The notes under the pieces: model-generated
Databases searched by the model: none
What the model saw: only the letters and a program-made list of their open reading frames with translations
Told to the model about the DNA's origin: nothing
Made by a program: the position numbers and the translations under genes
NCBI GenBank assembly: GCA_963798085.1
Contig: CAWCRS010000005.1
Location: 544,001 to 608,000, forward strand
Origin: an uncultured Gemmatimonadales bacterium
Lineage (GTDB): Bacteria > Gemmatimonadota > Gemmatimonadetes > Longimicrobiales > RSA9
DNA: 64,000 bases
Direction: 5' to 3'
Shown: positions 9,463 through 20,575 of the stretch, piece by piece
Numbering within the stretch: position 1 is the first letter of the stretch
Layout: each line of letters opens with the position of its first letter

Positions 9463-10983
9463 TGCGCGGGCCGCTCCGCGCCGGCCTGCTGCTCCTCATC
9501 CTCGCGCTCGCGGCCTGCACGCCACGCGCCCGCACACCCGCATCGCCGCAGATCGCCGCGCACGCCGATGAGGACGTCTGGATCACGATCCTGCACTTCA
9601 ATGACGTCTATGAGATCACACCCGTCGGCGGCGGCCGCTGGGGTGGGCCCGCGCGGGTCGCCACCCTGCGCCGGCAGCTGCTGGCGAGGAATCCCCGCAC
9701 GCTGACCGTGCTCGCAGGCGATCTGCTGAGTCCGTCCGCCCTGGGCACCGCGAGTGTCGCGGGCCGGCGCGTGGACGGGCAACAGATGGTTGCCACGCTC
9801 AATGCGCTGGGCCTGGACTACGCCACGTTTGGTAACCACGAGTTCGATCTGCCCGAAGCGGCGTTCCGCCAGCGGCTGCGCGAGTCGCGCTTCCAGTGGC
9901 TCTCCGTCAACGTGAGCGCAGCCGGTGACTCCGCTCTGCCGAACGTCGTGCACCATGTGATCCGCAGATTCGCCATCGGCCCGCGCGACACGCTGCGCGT
10001 CGCGCTGTTCGGCGTCACCATGGATCGCGATCAGGCCGCGTACGCACCCATCGCCTACCCGCTGCCGCCGGCGGAACGTGAGGCGCAGCTGCTGCGCGAC
10101 AGCGCCGACATCGTGATTGCGGTCACGCACCTGCCGCTGGCGCAGGACATCGCGCTGGCCGACGCCTCGCCCGGGATCGATCTGATCCTGGGCGGACACG
10201 AGCATGAGAATCTCGAAGTGCGCCGAGGCGCGCGCTTCATTCCCATTGCCAAGGCGGACGCGAATGTCCGCACCGTCTTCGTGCACGAGCTGCACTACGG
10301 CCTGCGCAGTCACAAGCTGGACATCGCGTCGCATCTCGTGTCGATCAGCGATTCCATCCCCGACGATCCGGCCACCCTTGCCGTAGTACAGGACTGGGTG
10401 GAGCGCGCATATGATGGGTTCCGCCAGCTCGGATTCAAGCCGGAAGTCGTGGTGGCACGCTCACCCGTCGCGCTCGATGGCCTGCGCGCCAGTGTGCGCG
10501 TCGATACCACCGTGCTGACCGCCGAGATCGCGCGCGCCATGCAGCACGAAGCGACCGGCGCCGAAGCGGCGCTCTACAATGCCGGCTCCATCCGTGTCGA
10601 CGATGTCCTGCCCGCCGGACCGGTGACACAGTACGACGTGATCCGCGTGCTGCCATTCGGCGGCCTCGTAGTGCTGACCGAAATGCGCGGCTCGCTGCTG
10701 CGCCGCGTACTCGAGCAGGGCCTGCGCAACCGCGGCGGCGGCGGATTCCTGCAGTACACGGGCATTGCGCATGGCGCTGCGGACGGCTGGAGTATCAACG
10801 ACCAGCCGCTGGATGATGCGCGCATATATCGGGTGGCGCTCACGCGATTATCTGCTCACCGGGCGTGAGCAGGGACTGGACTGGCTGAACCGCGATAACC
10901 CGGATGTTCGCGTGGTGCGGCAGTTGCGCGATGTGCGCATGGCTCTGATCGATGAACTGGGCCGGCGCTTTCCTGCTCGCTGA
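9462..10983 (+). CDS. Bifunctional metallophosphatase/5'-nucleotidase lipoprotein (frameshift ~10845)
   Basis: LHFNDVY, AGD, GNHEFD, THL, GGHEH, NAGSIR, LPFG; C-terminus (DYLLTG..) continues in the 10765-10983 frame. Confidence 0.88.
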
Positions 10984-11016
10984 GCGATCCCGGCTCCTCT
11001 CCTGACGGAAGACACA

Positions 11017-12778
11017 ATGTTCCGCATTCGTCGCATACATGATGATGTTCTGCCGATCAACCGCCAGTCGATTGCGCAGGTGCAGGCGCTGCTGACCGAG
11101 GCGTTCGCCGAGGTGGCTGCGCGCGAGGGTGAGGCACTGGCGGAGAAGCTCAGAAATCCCTTCAAGCAGCAGTTCCGCTCCATTCTGCTGGTGGCGGAGA
11201 ACGGACGCGGGCGCGTGCTGGGATTCGCACTGCTGATGGTCGAGCCCCGGCTGAAATTCTGCTATCTCGACTTCATTGCTACGGCGCAGCGCTCGCGCAG
11301 TGGCGGCATTGGCGCTTCACTGTACGAGCAGGTGCGCGGTGAAGCGCTCGCGCTGGGGGCGAGCGCGCTGTTCTTCGAGTGTCTGCCCGATGACCTGGAA
11401 GGTTGCCCCGAACCCGCGCTGATCGATGGCAACCGAGCACGCCTGCGCTTCTACGAACGCTACAACGCGCGACCCATCATTGGCACGGCGTACGAAACGC
11501 CAGTCCGTCCTGCGGACACCTGCCTGCCGCATCTCGATGTTCGATGATCTCGATCGCGGCGAGGCTCTGCGTGCGCCCTTCGCGCGTGCCGCGGTGCGCG
11601 CCATCCTCGAGCGCAAATACGCGAGCCTGTGCCCGCCCGCGTACGTGGACCAGGTGGTCGGCTCGTTCGTCGATGATCCGGTGCGCCTGCGGCCACCTCG
11701 CTACGCCAGACCGCGCACGGCGCAGCGCGCGCCGCCTGCAGTACAGCGCGAACGCATGGCCGTCATCATCAACGACCGGCACGAGATCCATCACGTTCGC
11801 GAACGCGGCTACGTGGAAGCGCCCGTCCGCATCCGCGCCATTCGCACCGAGCTGGAAAACGCAGGACTGATCGACATCCGGCCGGTGCGGCGCTACGCGG
11901 AGTCGCATATCCGCGCCGTACACGAGCCCGCGCTCGTCGACTACCTGCGGCGGGCCTGCGCGGCTACGCCCGAGCGGCGCTCCGTGTATCCGTACGTGTT
12001 TCCCATCCGCAACGCCGCGCGCCCGCCGCGCGAACTGTCGCTGCGCGCCGGCTACTTCTGCATCGACACCTTCACGCCCATCAATCGCAACGCCTTTCCC
12101 GCGGCGCGCCGCGGCGTCGAGTGTGCGCTGACGGCGGCCGATGAGATCCTGAACGGGCGCCGCGTCGCCTACGCACTGGTGCGACCGCCAGGGCATCACG
12201 CCGAACGGCGTGTGTTCGGCGGCTTCTGCTACTTCAACAATGCGGCGATTGCGGCACAGCACCTGGGAGGCGCGGGTCGCGTCGCCATCCTCGACATTGA
12301 CTACCATCACGGCAACGGCCAGCAGGACATCTTCTACCACCGCAACGATGTGCTGACCGTGTCCATTCACGGCCATCCTTCGTTCGCATACCCGTACTTC
12401 TCCGGCTTCGCCGATGAACGCGGCGAAGGCAGGGGCAAAGGCTGCAATCTCAACATGCCGTTACCGGAAGACGTGGACGGCGCCGCGTATCGCAAGGCAC
12501 TGCGCAAGGCGATGGACTTCATCGTCGCATGGAAGCCGACCTTCCTCATCATCGCGCTCGGGCTGGACCCGGCGAAGGGCGATCCCACCGGATCATGGAG
12601 CCTCGTGGCGAAGGACTTCGAGGAGAATGGCGCCATGCTGGGTGAGATCGACCTGCCCACGCTGGTAGTGCAGGAAGGCGGCTACCGCACGCGCACGCTG
12701 GGCGTGAACGCGCGCCACTTCTTCCAGGGTCTCATGGCGTCGGCCCTGGGCTGGCCCCGGCCGGGCTCGCGGCCTTGA
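11017..12778 (+). CDS. GNAT acetyltransferase fused to histone-deacetylase/acetylpolyamine amidohydrolase domain (frameshift ~11536)
   Basis: N-part YLDFIA..RSGGIG..LY, RLRFYER; C-part RPPGHHA, GGFCYFNN, LDIDYHHGNG, GLD...GDP, QEGGY; join reads PHL-MFDDL with one extra base. Confidence 0.82.
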
Positions 12779-12842
12779 TCCAGCCTCCTCCAACAGGCAA
12801 TTTCAGCGGCGCCGTTCCCAGCCAACCTTCTGATGCGCGCTG

Positions 12843-14550
12843 ATGGCCACCACCCCGCAGGAAACCCGGCCGGGCTTCTTCTCCGAGCTGCGACGACGCA
12901 AGGTGATCCGCGTTGCCATCGCCTACGGCGTCGTCGGCTACAGCGTCACGGAAGTCGTGAACAACGTGATAGGCCCGCTCGGCCTTCCGCCCATCACGAG
13001 CAAGCTGATCATTCTGCTGCTGCTGCTCGGCTTTCCCGTCGCCGTAGTGCTCGCGTGGGCCTTCGACATCACGCCGCGCGGCATTCGAGCGCACGGCCGA
13101 CATCGCGCCGGCGCCCGTCGATCACGCACACGAGCGGTTGGCGTCCGGGACCGCCGCTGGCGCGGTTGCGCAACGGCCGCCCGACAGCATTGCCGCGCTG
13201 CCTTTCGCCAATCTGAGCGGCGATCCGGCCCAGGAATATCTCGCGGATGGGCTGACTGAAGAACTGCTCAACGCGCTGTCCCGCGTGCCCGGCCTGCGCG
13301 TGGCCGCACGCACATCGTGCTTCGCGTTCAAGCACACCACGCAGGACGTGCGTCAGGTGGGCGAGCGACTGGGCGTGCGCCACGTGGTCGAAGGCGGTGT
13401 GCGGCTGGCGGGCAAACGACTGCGGCTCTCGGTGCAGCTGGTGGATGCCGCGAGTGGCTTCGTGCTGTGGTCCGACACGTACGAGCGTGACCTCGACGAC
13501 ATCTTCCTCATGCAGCGCGAGATGGCGACGACCATCGTCGCACACGTGGTCAACCGGCCGGGCGCGGTGGAACCACCGCCACCGGCGACGCTCAACGTGG
13601 AAGCCTTCACGCTCTACCTGCACGGCCGCTACCACTGGAATCGCCGCACTGAAGCAGACCTGCGGCGGGCCATCGGTTACTTCGAGCAGGCGGCACGTCT
13701 CGATCCACCCTACGCGCCCGCGTGGGCCGGACTCGCCGATGCATACACGCTGTTACTCGACTATGGCGGCATGTCCCCCGCCGAAGCGCTGCCGCCGGCG
13801 AGGGATGCAGTCGAGCGTGCACTGCAGCTCGATCCTTCCATGGCCGAAGCCTACACATTGCTGGCCCTGGTGCGGCAGTTCGAGATGCGGTGGGCCGATG
13901 CCGACGCGGCGTTCCGCCGTTCCCTCGCACTGCGACCGGACTACGTCGTCGCCCATCAGCGCTTTGCGCTGCACCTGGCCTGGCAGGGACACACGGACGA
14001 GGCCGTCGCGGAGGCCAGGCGGGCGGAGGCGCTGGATCCGCTGGCCGTCGCGGTCTGCGCCAGCTCGGCGTTCGTGCTCTACTACGCACGCCGCTTCCAG
14101 GACGCCACGAAGCAGGCGGAACGCGCGCTCGAGATGGATCCGCAGTTCGTCGCCGCCCGCTCGGCGCTGGGGCTGGCGCTGCTGCAGATCGCGCCGCCCG
14201 CCGATGCCGTGGAGCAGTTCCGGCAGGCGGTCACACTCTCCGGTCGCGCCGCATCCACGGTGGCGCTGCTCGCGACAGCGCTGGCGAAAGCGGGTCAGAA
14301 GCAGGAAGGCTGGAAGCTGCTCGATGAGCTGGATGCGCGCGCGCAGACGGGCTGGGTGTCCAGCTACTACCGCGCCGTACCGCTGCTGGCGCTCGGCAAT
14401 AACGAGCAGGCGCTGGACCGCCTCGAGGCAGCCTGCGAAGAGCGCGCCCCGCAGATGGCCTATGTGCGCGCCGAGCCGCTCTTCGATCCTGTGCGCCAGT
14501 CGCCGCGCTTCCACGCCGTCCTGCAACGCATTGGACTGCGCGCTCCCTGA
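12843..14550 (+). CDS. Membrane-anchored TolB-like/TPR protein (frameshift ~13086)
   Basis: N-terminal ELRRRKVIRVAIAY..W.FDITP.G membrane domain; SIAALPFANLS, YLADGLTEELLNAL, LRVAARTS; several TPRs. Confidence 0.85.
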
Positions 14551-14560
14551 CACGCTGTTG

Positions 14561-15939
14561 TCAGAGCGTCACGATCTCGAGAGGCTTGTTCGTGCGCCAG
14601 CGGCCGCGCGTGAAATCCGGGAACTCGACCGGCTCGCCCCCGCCCGCCACGGAACGCTGTGACAACTCGACCACCGCGCTGATGGCGGCCGCGTCGTAGA
14701 CGTTCATGTCGGTGGGCTGCCCATTGCGCAGGCACTTGATCAGCCGGTAGTCCTCGAGATAATCCATGCCGCCATGGCCGGCAAACTCATCCTGCCGCTC
14801 ACGAATGCCGCGCCACAGCGGATGGTCGTACTCCGCGTACCACTTCTCGGCATCATCCCACTGGTCGGGCCTGGCGCTGCGGCCCTCGATATACACGCGA
14901 TGCGGCCAGCCCTGTACCAGGCCGCGCGTGCCCTGCACCATGTGCACCCTGCTGTACGGGCGAGGCAGGTTGGTGCAATGGCTGACGAAAGCGTCCGGCC
15001 ATTGGCCGTCCGGATGACACTGCTGTTCACATCGCCCAGCCGGAACGTCTCGCTGCGTTTCGGATCGCTGGCCGGATAGTGCTCCGCCGCGTACAGCTGC
15101 AGACCCCGCGAGGCACTGCTCAATGACACCAGCGACTCGAAACGGTCGCCGCGGTTGATGTCCATGCAGTTGGCTACCGGACCCAGCCCGTGCGTGGGAT
15201 AGAGGTTGCCGTTATGCGTCTTCGACCACTCACGGCGCCACAGGCCCTCGCCTTCATCCGCGAACTTGATGGCGCGCAGGTCGTGCAGGTAGCCGCACTC
15301 GCCGTGCAGGACTTCCCCTAACAGACCCTTGCGCACGAGGTGGAAGCTCAGCATCTCCAGTCGGTCGTAATTGCAGTTCTCCATCATCACGCAGTGCTTC
15401 TTTTCCTTCTCCGCCGTCTCCACCAGCGCCCAGCAGTCATCCAGCGTCATGGCGAAGGGCACCTCGCTGGCCGCGTGCTTGCCGTGTTTCATGGCGGCCA
15501 GCGCAATGGGCACGTGCCACTGCCAGGGCGTGGCGTTGAAGACGATGTCCAGTTCCTCCTCCGCACACAGCCGCTCGAAGTCCCGCTCGCCGCGTGTGTA
15601 GAGACGCGGCTCGACGAATCCCTTGTCGGTCACGATCTTGCGCGCGCGCTCCGCATGCGCGGGCCGGATGTCGCAGATGGCTGTGATCTGGGCGCCCGGC
15701 ACGGCCACCAGATTCTCCACGTGCGATGTGCCCTGGCCACCCACCCCCACGAAGCCGATGCGGATGGTCGGCGCCGCACCCGCGACTGCGGCCATGCGCG
15801 CCGCCGTCGCACGCGGCATCTCTGCCGACAGCGCCTGGGCATCGACCCCCGCCAGCGCCAGTGTCGCGCCCACCGCACTGCTGCGCAGAAAATCGCGGCG
15901 GCTCAGTCCGGCGTCCGCGACGCGCTCGTCTTCGTGCAT
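14561..15939 (-). CDS. Tat-exported Gfo/Idh/MocA oxidoreductase, GH109 alpha-N-acetylgalactosaminidase-like (frameshift ~14990)
   Basis: SRRDFL Tat motif; IGFVGVGGQG; ATPWQWH; EVP; MENCNY; YLHDLR; NGNLYPTHG; GHGGMD; FPDFTRG. Confidence 0.88.
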
Positions 15940-16100
15940 GACAACCTCCCCTGAGCGATGTGCCGGTCGCGTGCGTCCGCCCGCACGCCAAGGCATTCCA
16001 TACTGCGCCCTCGCCCGCGCCCGGGGCAAGCGACCGACGGGCTGTGGCCTGCGCTGCAGCGGGCCGTGAGGTGTTGAGTCGGCGTGTGTTGCCGTCCGGA

Positions 16101-16147
16101 TTGACAGGTTCGGGTGTGGGACTATATTCAACCGCATGGTTGAATAT
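16101..16147 (+). promoter_or_regulatory. sigma70 promoter with overlapping ArsR operator palindrome
   Basis: TTGACA 16101-16106, TATATT 16123-16128; perfect inverted repeat ATATTCAACC-gcat-GGTTGAATAT 16124-16147 covering the start codon. Confidence 0.75.
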
Positions 16148-16486
16148 TCGCTGGACGCCCTCCATATTGCGCTCGCGCACCCCGCCCGCCGCGAGATCGT
16201 CGGACGACTGGCCCGCCGCGGCGCGGCCAGGGTCGGTGACATCGCGGCCGCCTTCAATGTTTCTCTCAATGCCGTATCGAAGCACCTCAAGGTGCTGGAG
16301 CGGGCCGGTCTGGTGGAGCGAGAAGTGATTGGACGCGAGCACTGGCTTCGCCTGGACGCGCGACCACTCGTGGCGGCGGAGCAATGGATGGCGCGGCAGC
16401 GCCAGTTCTGGGAGGAGTCGCTCGGGCGACTGGAGGACTACGTCGTGCGCAAGCGAACACGAAACATACGGAAAGGGGAACCATGA
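16136..16486 (+). CDS. ArsR/SmtB-family transcriptional regulator
   Basis: ALAHPARREI, VSKHLKVLERAGLV, GREH. Confidence 0.9.
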   Translation: MVEYSLDALHIALAHPARREIVGRLARRGAARVGDIAAAFNVSLNAVSKHLKVLERAGLVEREVIGREHWLRLDARPLVAAEQWMARQRQFWEESLGRLEDYVVRKRTRNIRKGEP

Positions 16487-16938
16487 GCGCAGAAGCGAAG
16501 GGCACGGCACAGCGCGTGGAGACCGCGCCTGCAGTGGTTGTGCGACGCACGATACCGGCGTCGCCGGAGGAGCTGTTCGACGCATGGACCGACGCCGAGG
16601 GCATGCGCCAGTGGCTGCTGCCCGCCACATCAAAGGATGTGAAAGCCGTGCTCGACGTGCGCGTGGGCGGCCGCTTCACGATCGACATGATCGATGGCCT
16701 GAAGGTGTTCGCGCATCACGGCGAATACCGCATCGTGGATCGCCCGCACAAGCTGGTGTTCACGTGGAACGCCGAGTGGATTCCGGGCGGCTCACTCGTG
16801 ACCATCGAGTTCCTTGCCCGCGGCGAGAGCACCGAGATCGTGCTCACCCATGAGCGCCTGCCTGACGCCCAGCTCCGCGCCAACCACAGCGAAGGCTGGG
16901 GCAGCATCCTCGACCGCCTGGCCCAGCGCTTCTCCTGA
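16483..16938 (+). CDS. SRPBCC/AHSA1-domain protein
   Basis: ASPEELFDAWTD, DVRVGG, P.KLVFTW, GWGSILDRL; ATGA overlap with the ArsR gene. Confidence 0.88.
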   Translation: MSAEAKGTAQRVETAPAVVVRRTIPASPEELFDAWTDAEGMRQWLLPATSKDVKAVLDVRVGGRFTIDMIDGLKVFAHHGEYRIVDRPHKLVFTWNAEWIPGGSLVTIEFLARGESTEIVLTHERLPDAQLRANHSEGWGSILDRLAQRFS

Positions 16939-16944
16939 TCGAGC

Positions 16945-16995
16945 GGGCCGAGCGGGCCCCGGCAGGTTGCCACACCCTTCCGGGGCCCGCGGCCC
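16945..16995. terminator. GC-rich hairpin between convergent genes
   Basis: Stem GCGGGCCCCGG (16952-16962) / CCGGGGCCCGC (16980-16990); no U-tract. Confidence 0.45.
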
Positions 16996-17032
16996 AACAT
17001 GCTGTTATGGAGCAGCGCGCTCCCCCTGACGC

Positions 17033-19760
17033 TCAATCCGCGCGCAGCGCGGTCAGCGGATCCACGCGCACGGCGCGGCGCACGGGAATCAGGCTGGCCA
17101 GCACACCGGCCAGCATGAGCACCAGGATCGCGCTGCCCAAGATGAGCGGGTTCCACGGCTTCACGCCATAGAGAACGGTGCTGAGTCCGCGCGTGGCGAA
17201 CAGCGCCAGCGGCAGCCCCGCGGCCAGGCCAGCCGCCAGCACGAGCATCGATTGCCGCAGAACGAGACGCAGCACATTGCCGGCGCCGGCACCCAGCGCC
17301 ATGCGCGTGCCGATCTCGCGTGTACGGCCCGCGACGTAGTACGCCATGATGCCGTACAGTCCCACCGCGGCGATGAGCAGGGCGAAGCAGCCGAACGCGC
17401 CGGCCAGCAGGGCGGCGAGGCGCTCGCGCGCGAGTGCTTCATCGATGGCCTGCTCCATGCCTTCCATGCGCCGGATCCAGAGACCGGGCGCGCCCGCATC
17501 GATCGCCCGCCGCACCTGCTCGGCGCGCGCCACCGGATCGCCTTCCATGCGCGCGACCAGGATGAGGAACGGCGCGCCGCCATACTGCTGGAGCGGCAGG
17601 TAGTACATCGGCTGGGCGGGTGAGCGCAGATCGTCGTAGCGGGCGTCCGCGACGACGCCCACGATGCGCACCGGCGCGTTGTCGAAGCCCTCGTGGAACT
17701 CCGCGCCCACGGGCGCGCGACCACTCAGGTAGCGACGCGCGAACGCTTCGTTCACCAATGCGACGCGCTCGCCGGTCTCGTCCGCATCCGTGAAGTCGCG
17801 ACCGGCACGCAGCGGGATGCCGGCCGCCGCCAGATAACCCGGTGTTATGGCGTTCATGGCCACACCCATGCGCTCGTCGGGCGCGGGCTGGTAGCCGGGC
17901 ACGTCGATGATGGAGAAGGTCGAGCGGCCGCCGGAGACGGGCGAGGTGGTGCCGAAAGCCGCGGTGCGCAGGCCGGGTACCGCGCGCAGGCCGTTCAGCA
18001 GTTCCGGCACCAGCGGCATGGCACCGCTCTGCTCGTAGCGCGTGCCGCGCGTGTCCAGCTGCGCCACCAGCAAGTGCGTGTGATCGAAGCCGAAATCCAC
18101 GCTCCGGAGATTGCGCAGCGTCTGCACCAGCAGCCCCGCGCCGCTCACCAGCAGCAGCGCGAGCGCCACCTGCACCGCGACGATCAGACGCTCCGCGGAC
18201 AGGGAACGGCGCGCACCGCGCTGCCCGCCTTCGCGTAGCGGCGACGTGAGATCGACGCGCGTTGCCCGCCACGCCGGCAGCACGCCGAACAGCAGACTGC
18301 AACCGAGTGCGAGCAGCATCGTGAACAGCAGGATCGTGCGGTCCGGCCGGAAGCGGATCGTGTCTGCCATCATTGCTACCTGCAACGGCAGCCGATGGGC
18401 CAGCAGCGTCGTGCCCCACCAGGCGAGCGGCAGCGCGAGCAGCGCGCCCAGCAGCCCCAGCTCGAGGCTCTCCGTCAGCAGCTGGCGCACCAGACGGCCG
18501 CGCTGCGCGCCCAGCGATACCCGCACCGCCAGCTCATTCTGCCGCGAGCGCGCCCGTGCTAACAGCAGTGTACCCACGTTGGCGCAGGCAATGAGAAGCA
18601 GCACGGCCACGCCGCCCATGAGCGCGTAGAGAATCGTCGCATACTGCGAGCGCAGATCGAACTTCGGGTTGGTGATGCCGCGGCTGATGTCGCTGAGCGT
18701 GAAACGCGGCGCGTCATTGCCGCCGCCACCCCCCTTGGGCAGGATCTTCGGCGCATGCTCGGCGCAGCAGTGCGCGTAGGCCGCCGCCCAGGCCGTCTCC
18801 ACCTGCGCGCGGCGCGCGCCCGCAGACAGCCGGCCGATCACGGACACGAACGGCCCGCGCGGCTGGCGCAGATCCGGCGCGCCCACCAGCGCCGCCGTCG
18901 ACGCCGGGATCGCCATGTCGAACGAGCCCGGGAACATCAGCCCGCGATACGCGCGCGGCAGCACACCCACCACGGTGAATGGCACGCCATTCACGCGGAC
19001 CGGCTCGCGCAGTGCCGGATCGCTATTCAGCCTGCGCTCCCAGAAGTCCTGTGACACCACCATGACCGGCGACGCGCTCGCTTCATCCTGCGGGCCCAGC
19101 ACACGGCCGACCAGCGGACGGATGCCGAGCACGGAGAAGAAGTCGCCATCGACCAGGTCGACCGATCCATAATCGTGCTGTTCGCCCACGTCGCGGTTGA
19201 ATGACAGGATGGTGAACGCGGCGGCGCGCATCCCGGGCGTCTCGCGCAACGTCTGGAAATCCGGCCAGGAGACGCCCAGGTCAAAGCGCGCGACCGCCAC
19301 CCGTACGCCCACCAGCTGCTCCGGGGAAGGCACGGGCAGGCAATGCAGCAGCACCGTCCGGATCAGGCTGAAAATCGCGGTGTTCGCGCCGATCCCCAGC
19401 GCCAGCGATAACACCGCTGTCAGCGTGAACACGGGCGAGCGGCGCAGCGCGCGCCAACCGAACCGGATGTCCTGTTGCAGAATGCGCCAGCGCTTCGCCC
19501 GCTCGCATGCGTCGCTCCCTCTGTTCTGTCAGTCGACGACACTCCGCCTCGATCTCCGCCGCGTCACCGAACCGCCGTCTCGCCGCCGCCCTCGCCGCCT
19601 CCTGCGTCATCCCCGCCGCTTCGTACTCCGCCGCCCGCGACTCCAGGTGGAAGCGCAGCTCCGCGTCCAGGTCCGCATCGCGCTCGCGTTCAGGAGGCAG
19701 TCGCTCCGCACCGCTGCGCGGCCGTCTGGGCCTCCTGCCCTGCTCGCTGTCTTCTGACAT
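17033..19760 (-). CDS. ADOP-type duplicated MacB/FtsX ABC permease (frameshift ~19502)
   Basis: DLDAELRFHLE..EAARAAARRRFG permease prefix, QDIRFGWR.LRRSP, LALGIGANTAIFS, LLIACANV, RTREIGTRMALGA, VDPLTALRAD. Confidence 0.9.
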
Positions 19761-19837
19761 GCTGTTATCGGTTCCCTTTTCCCCCGCGGCCGCGAACAAC
19801 CGTTCCGGCGCGCGCCAGCCGAGCCCGCCGCGAAGCG

Positions 19838-20173
19838 CTACGGCCGGGCTTCCAGCACTTTGCCCACCACCTTGACCAGCCGGCTCCACGCGGCGGTGCC
19901 TGTCGCGAGCTGACGCCGGCCCGCGGGCGTCAGCTGATAGTACTTGGCCCGCCGGTTGTTCTCCGTCCGCTTCCACTGCGCTTTCACCCAGCCCCGATTC
20001 TCCAGCCGATAGAGCGCGGGATAGAGCGTGCCCTCTTCCAGCTGCAGCGCGTCGTCCGTCACCTGCTGGATCCAGCGCGCTATGCCGTAGCCGTGCATGG
20101 CACCCCAGGAAAGGGTCTGAAGCACCAGCACATCGAGGGTACCCTGCAGCAGTTCCACGGTCGACCTGGCCAT
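19838..20173 (-). CDS. PadR-family transcriptional regulator (acidobacterial type)
   Basis: LLQGTLDVLVL, HGYGI, EEGTLYPALYRLE, ENNRRAKYY. Confidence 0.92.
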   Translation of the reverse strand: MARSTVELLQGTLDVLVLQTLSWGAMHGYGIARWIQQVTDDALQLEEGTLYPALYRLENRGWVKAQWKRTENNRRAKYYQLTPAGRRQLATGTAAWSRLVKVVGKVLEARP

Positions 20174-20179
20174 GCCTTC

Positions 20180-20234
20180 CTTCCTCAGTCGTGCTAGGGA
20201 AGCAAAACTACTCCGCCTGGAAGCATCAAGTCAA
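20180..20234 (-). promoter_or_regulatory. sigma70-like promoter and candidate PadR operator
   Basis: Minus strand TTGACT (20234-20229), N18, TAGTTT (20210-20205); imperfect palindrome CTTCCCTAG-N5-CTGAGGAAG at 20180-20202. Confidence 0.5.
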
Positions 20235-20575
20235 CAGAATCGGGGCCACATGCGACCGCCAGTGCTGCGCGGCCAGGCGGGAATGATGACGAGAATCGGG
20301 ACCGATCACGGCGCGGGGTCTGGCGCCGCGGCCTCCAATACCGCAGTATGATGGCCGGCCCGGCGCCGGCTGGACCGACTGACATCTTCAGCATTCTGCT
20401 CCGCAGATTTCGGCGCCGGCCGGCGGCGCTCTTCCCGTGGCGCTCGAGCAGTTCCCGTCGAAGGTTTTTCCGAAGCGGCAAGCGGGTTCGTACCTGAGAA
20501 TGGTTCGTACGGTCGTGATGCGACTGTTTCACGACTCGCGGCAGGCGGACACGCGTAAGGCGAGGAGCGTCAGGG

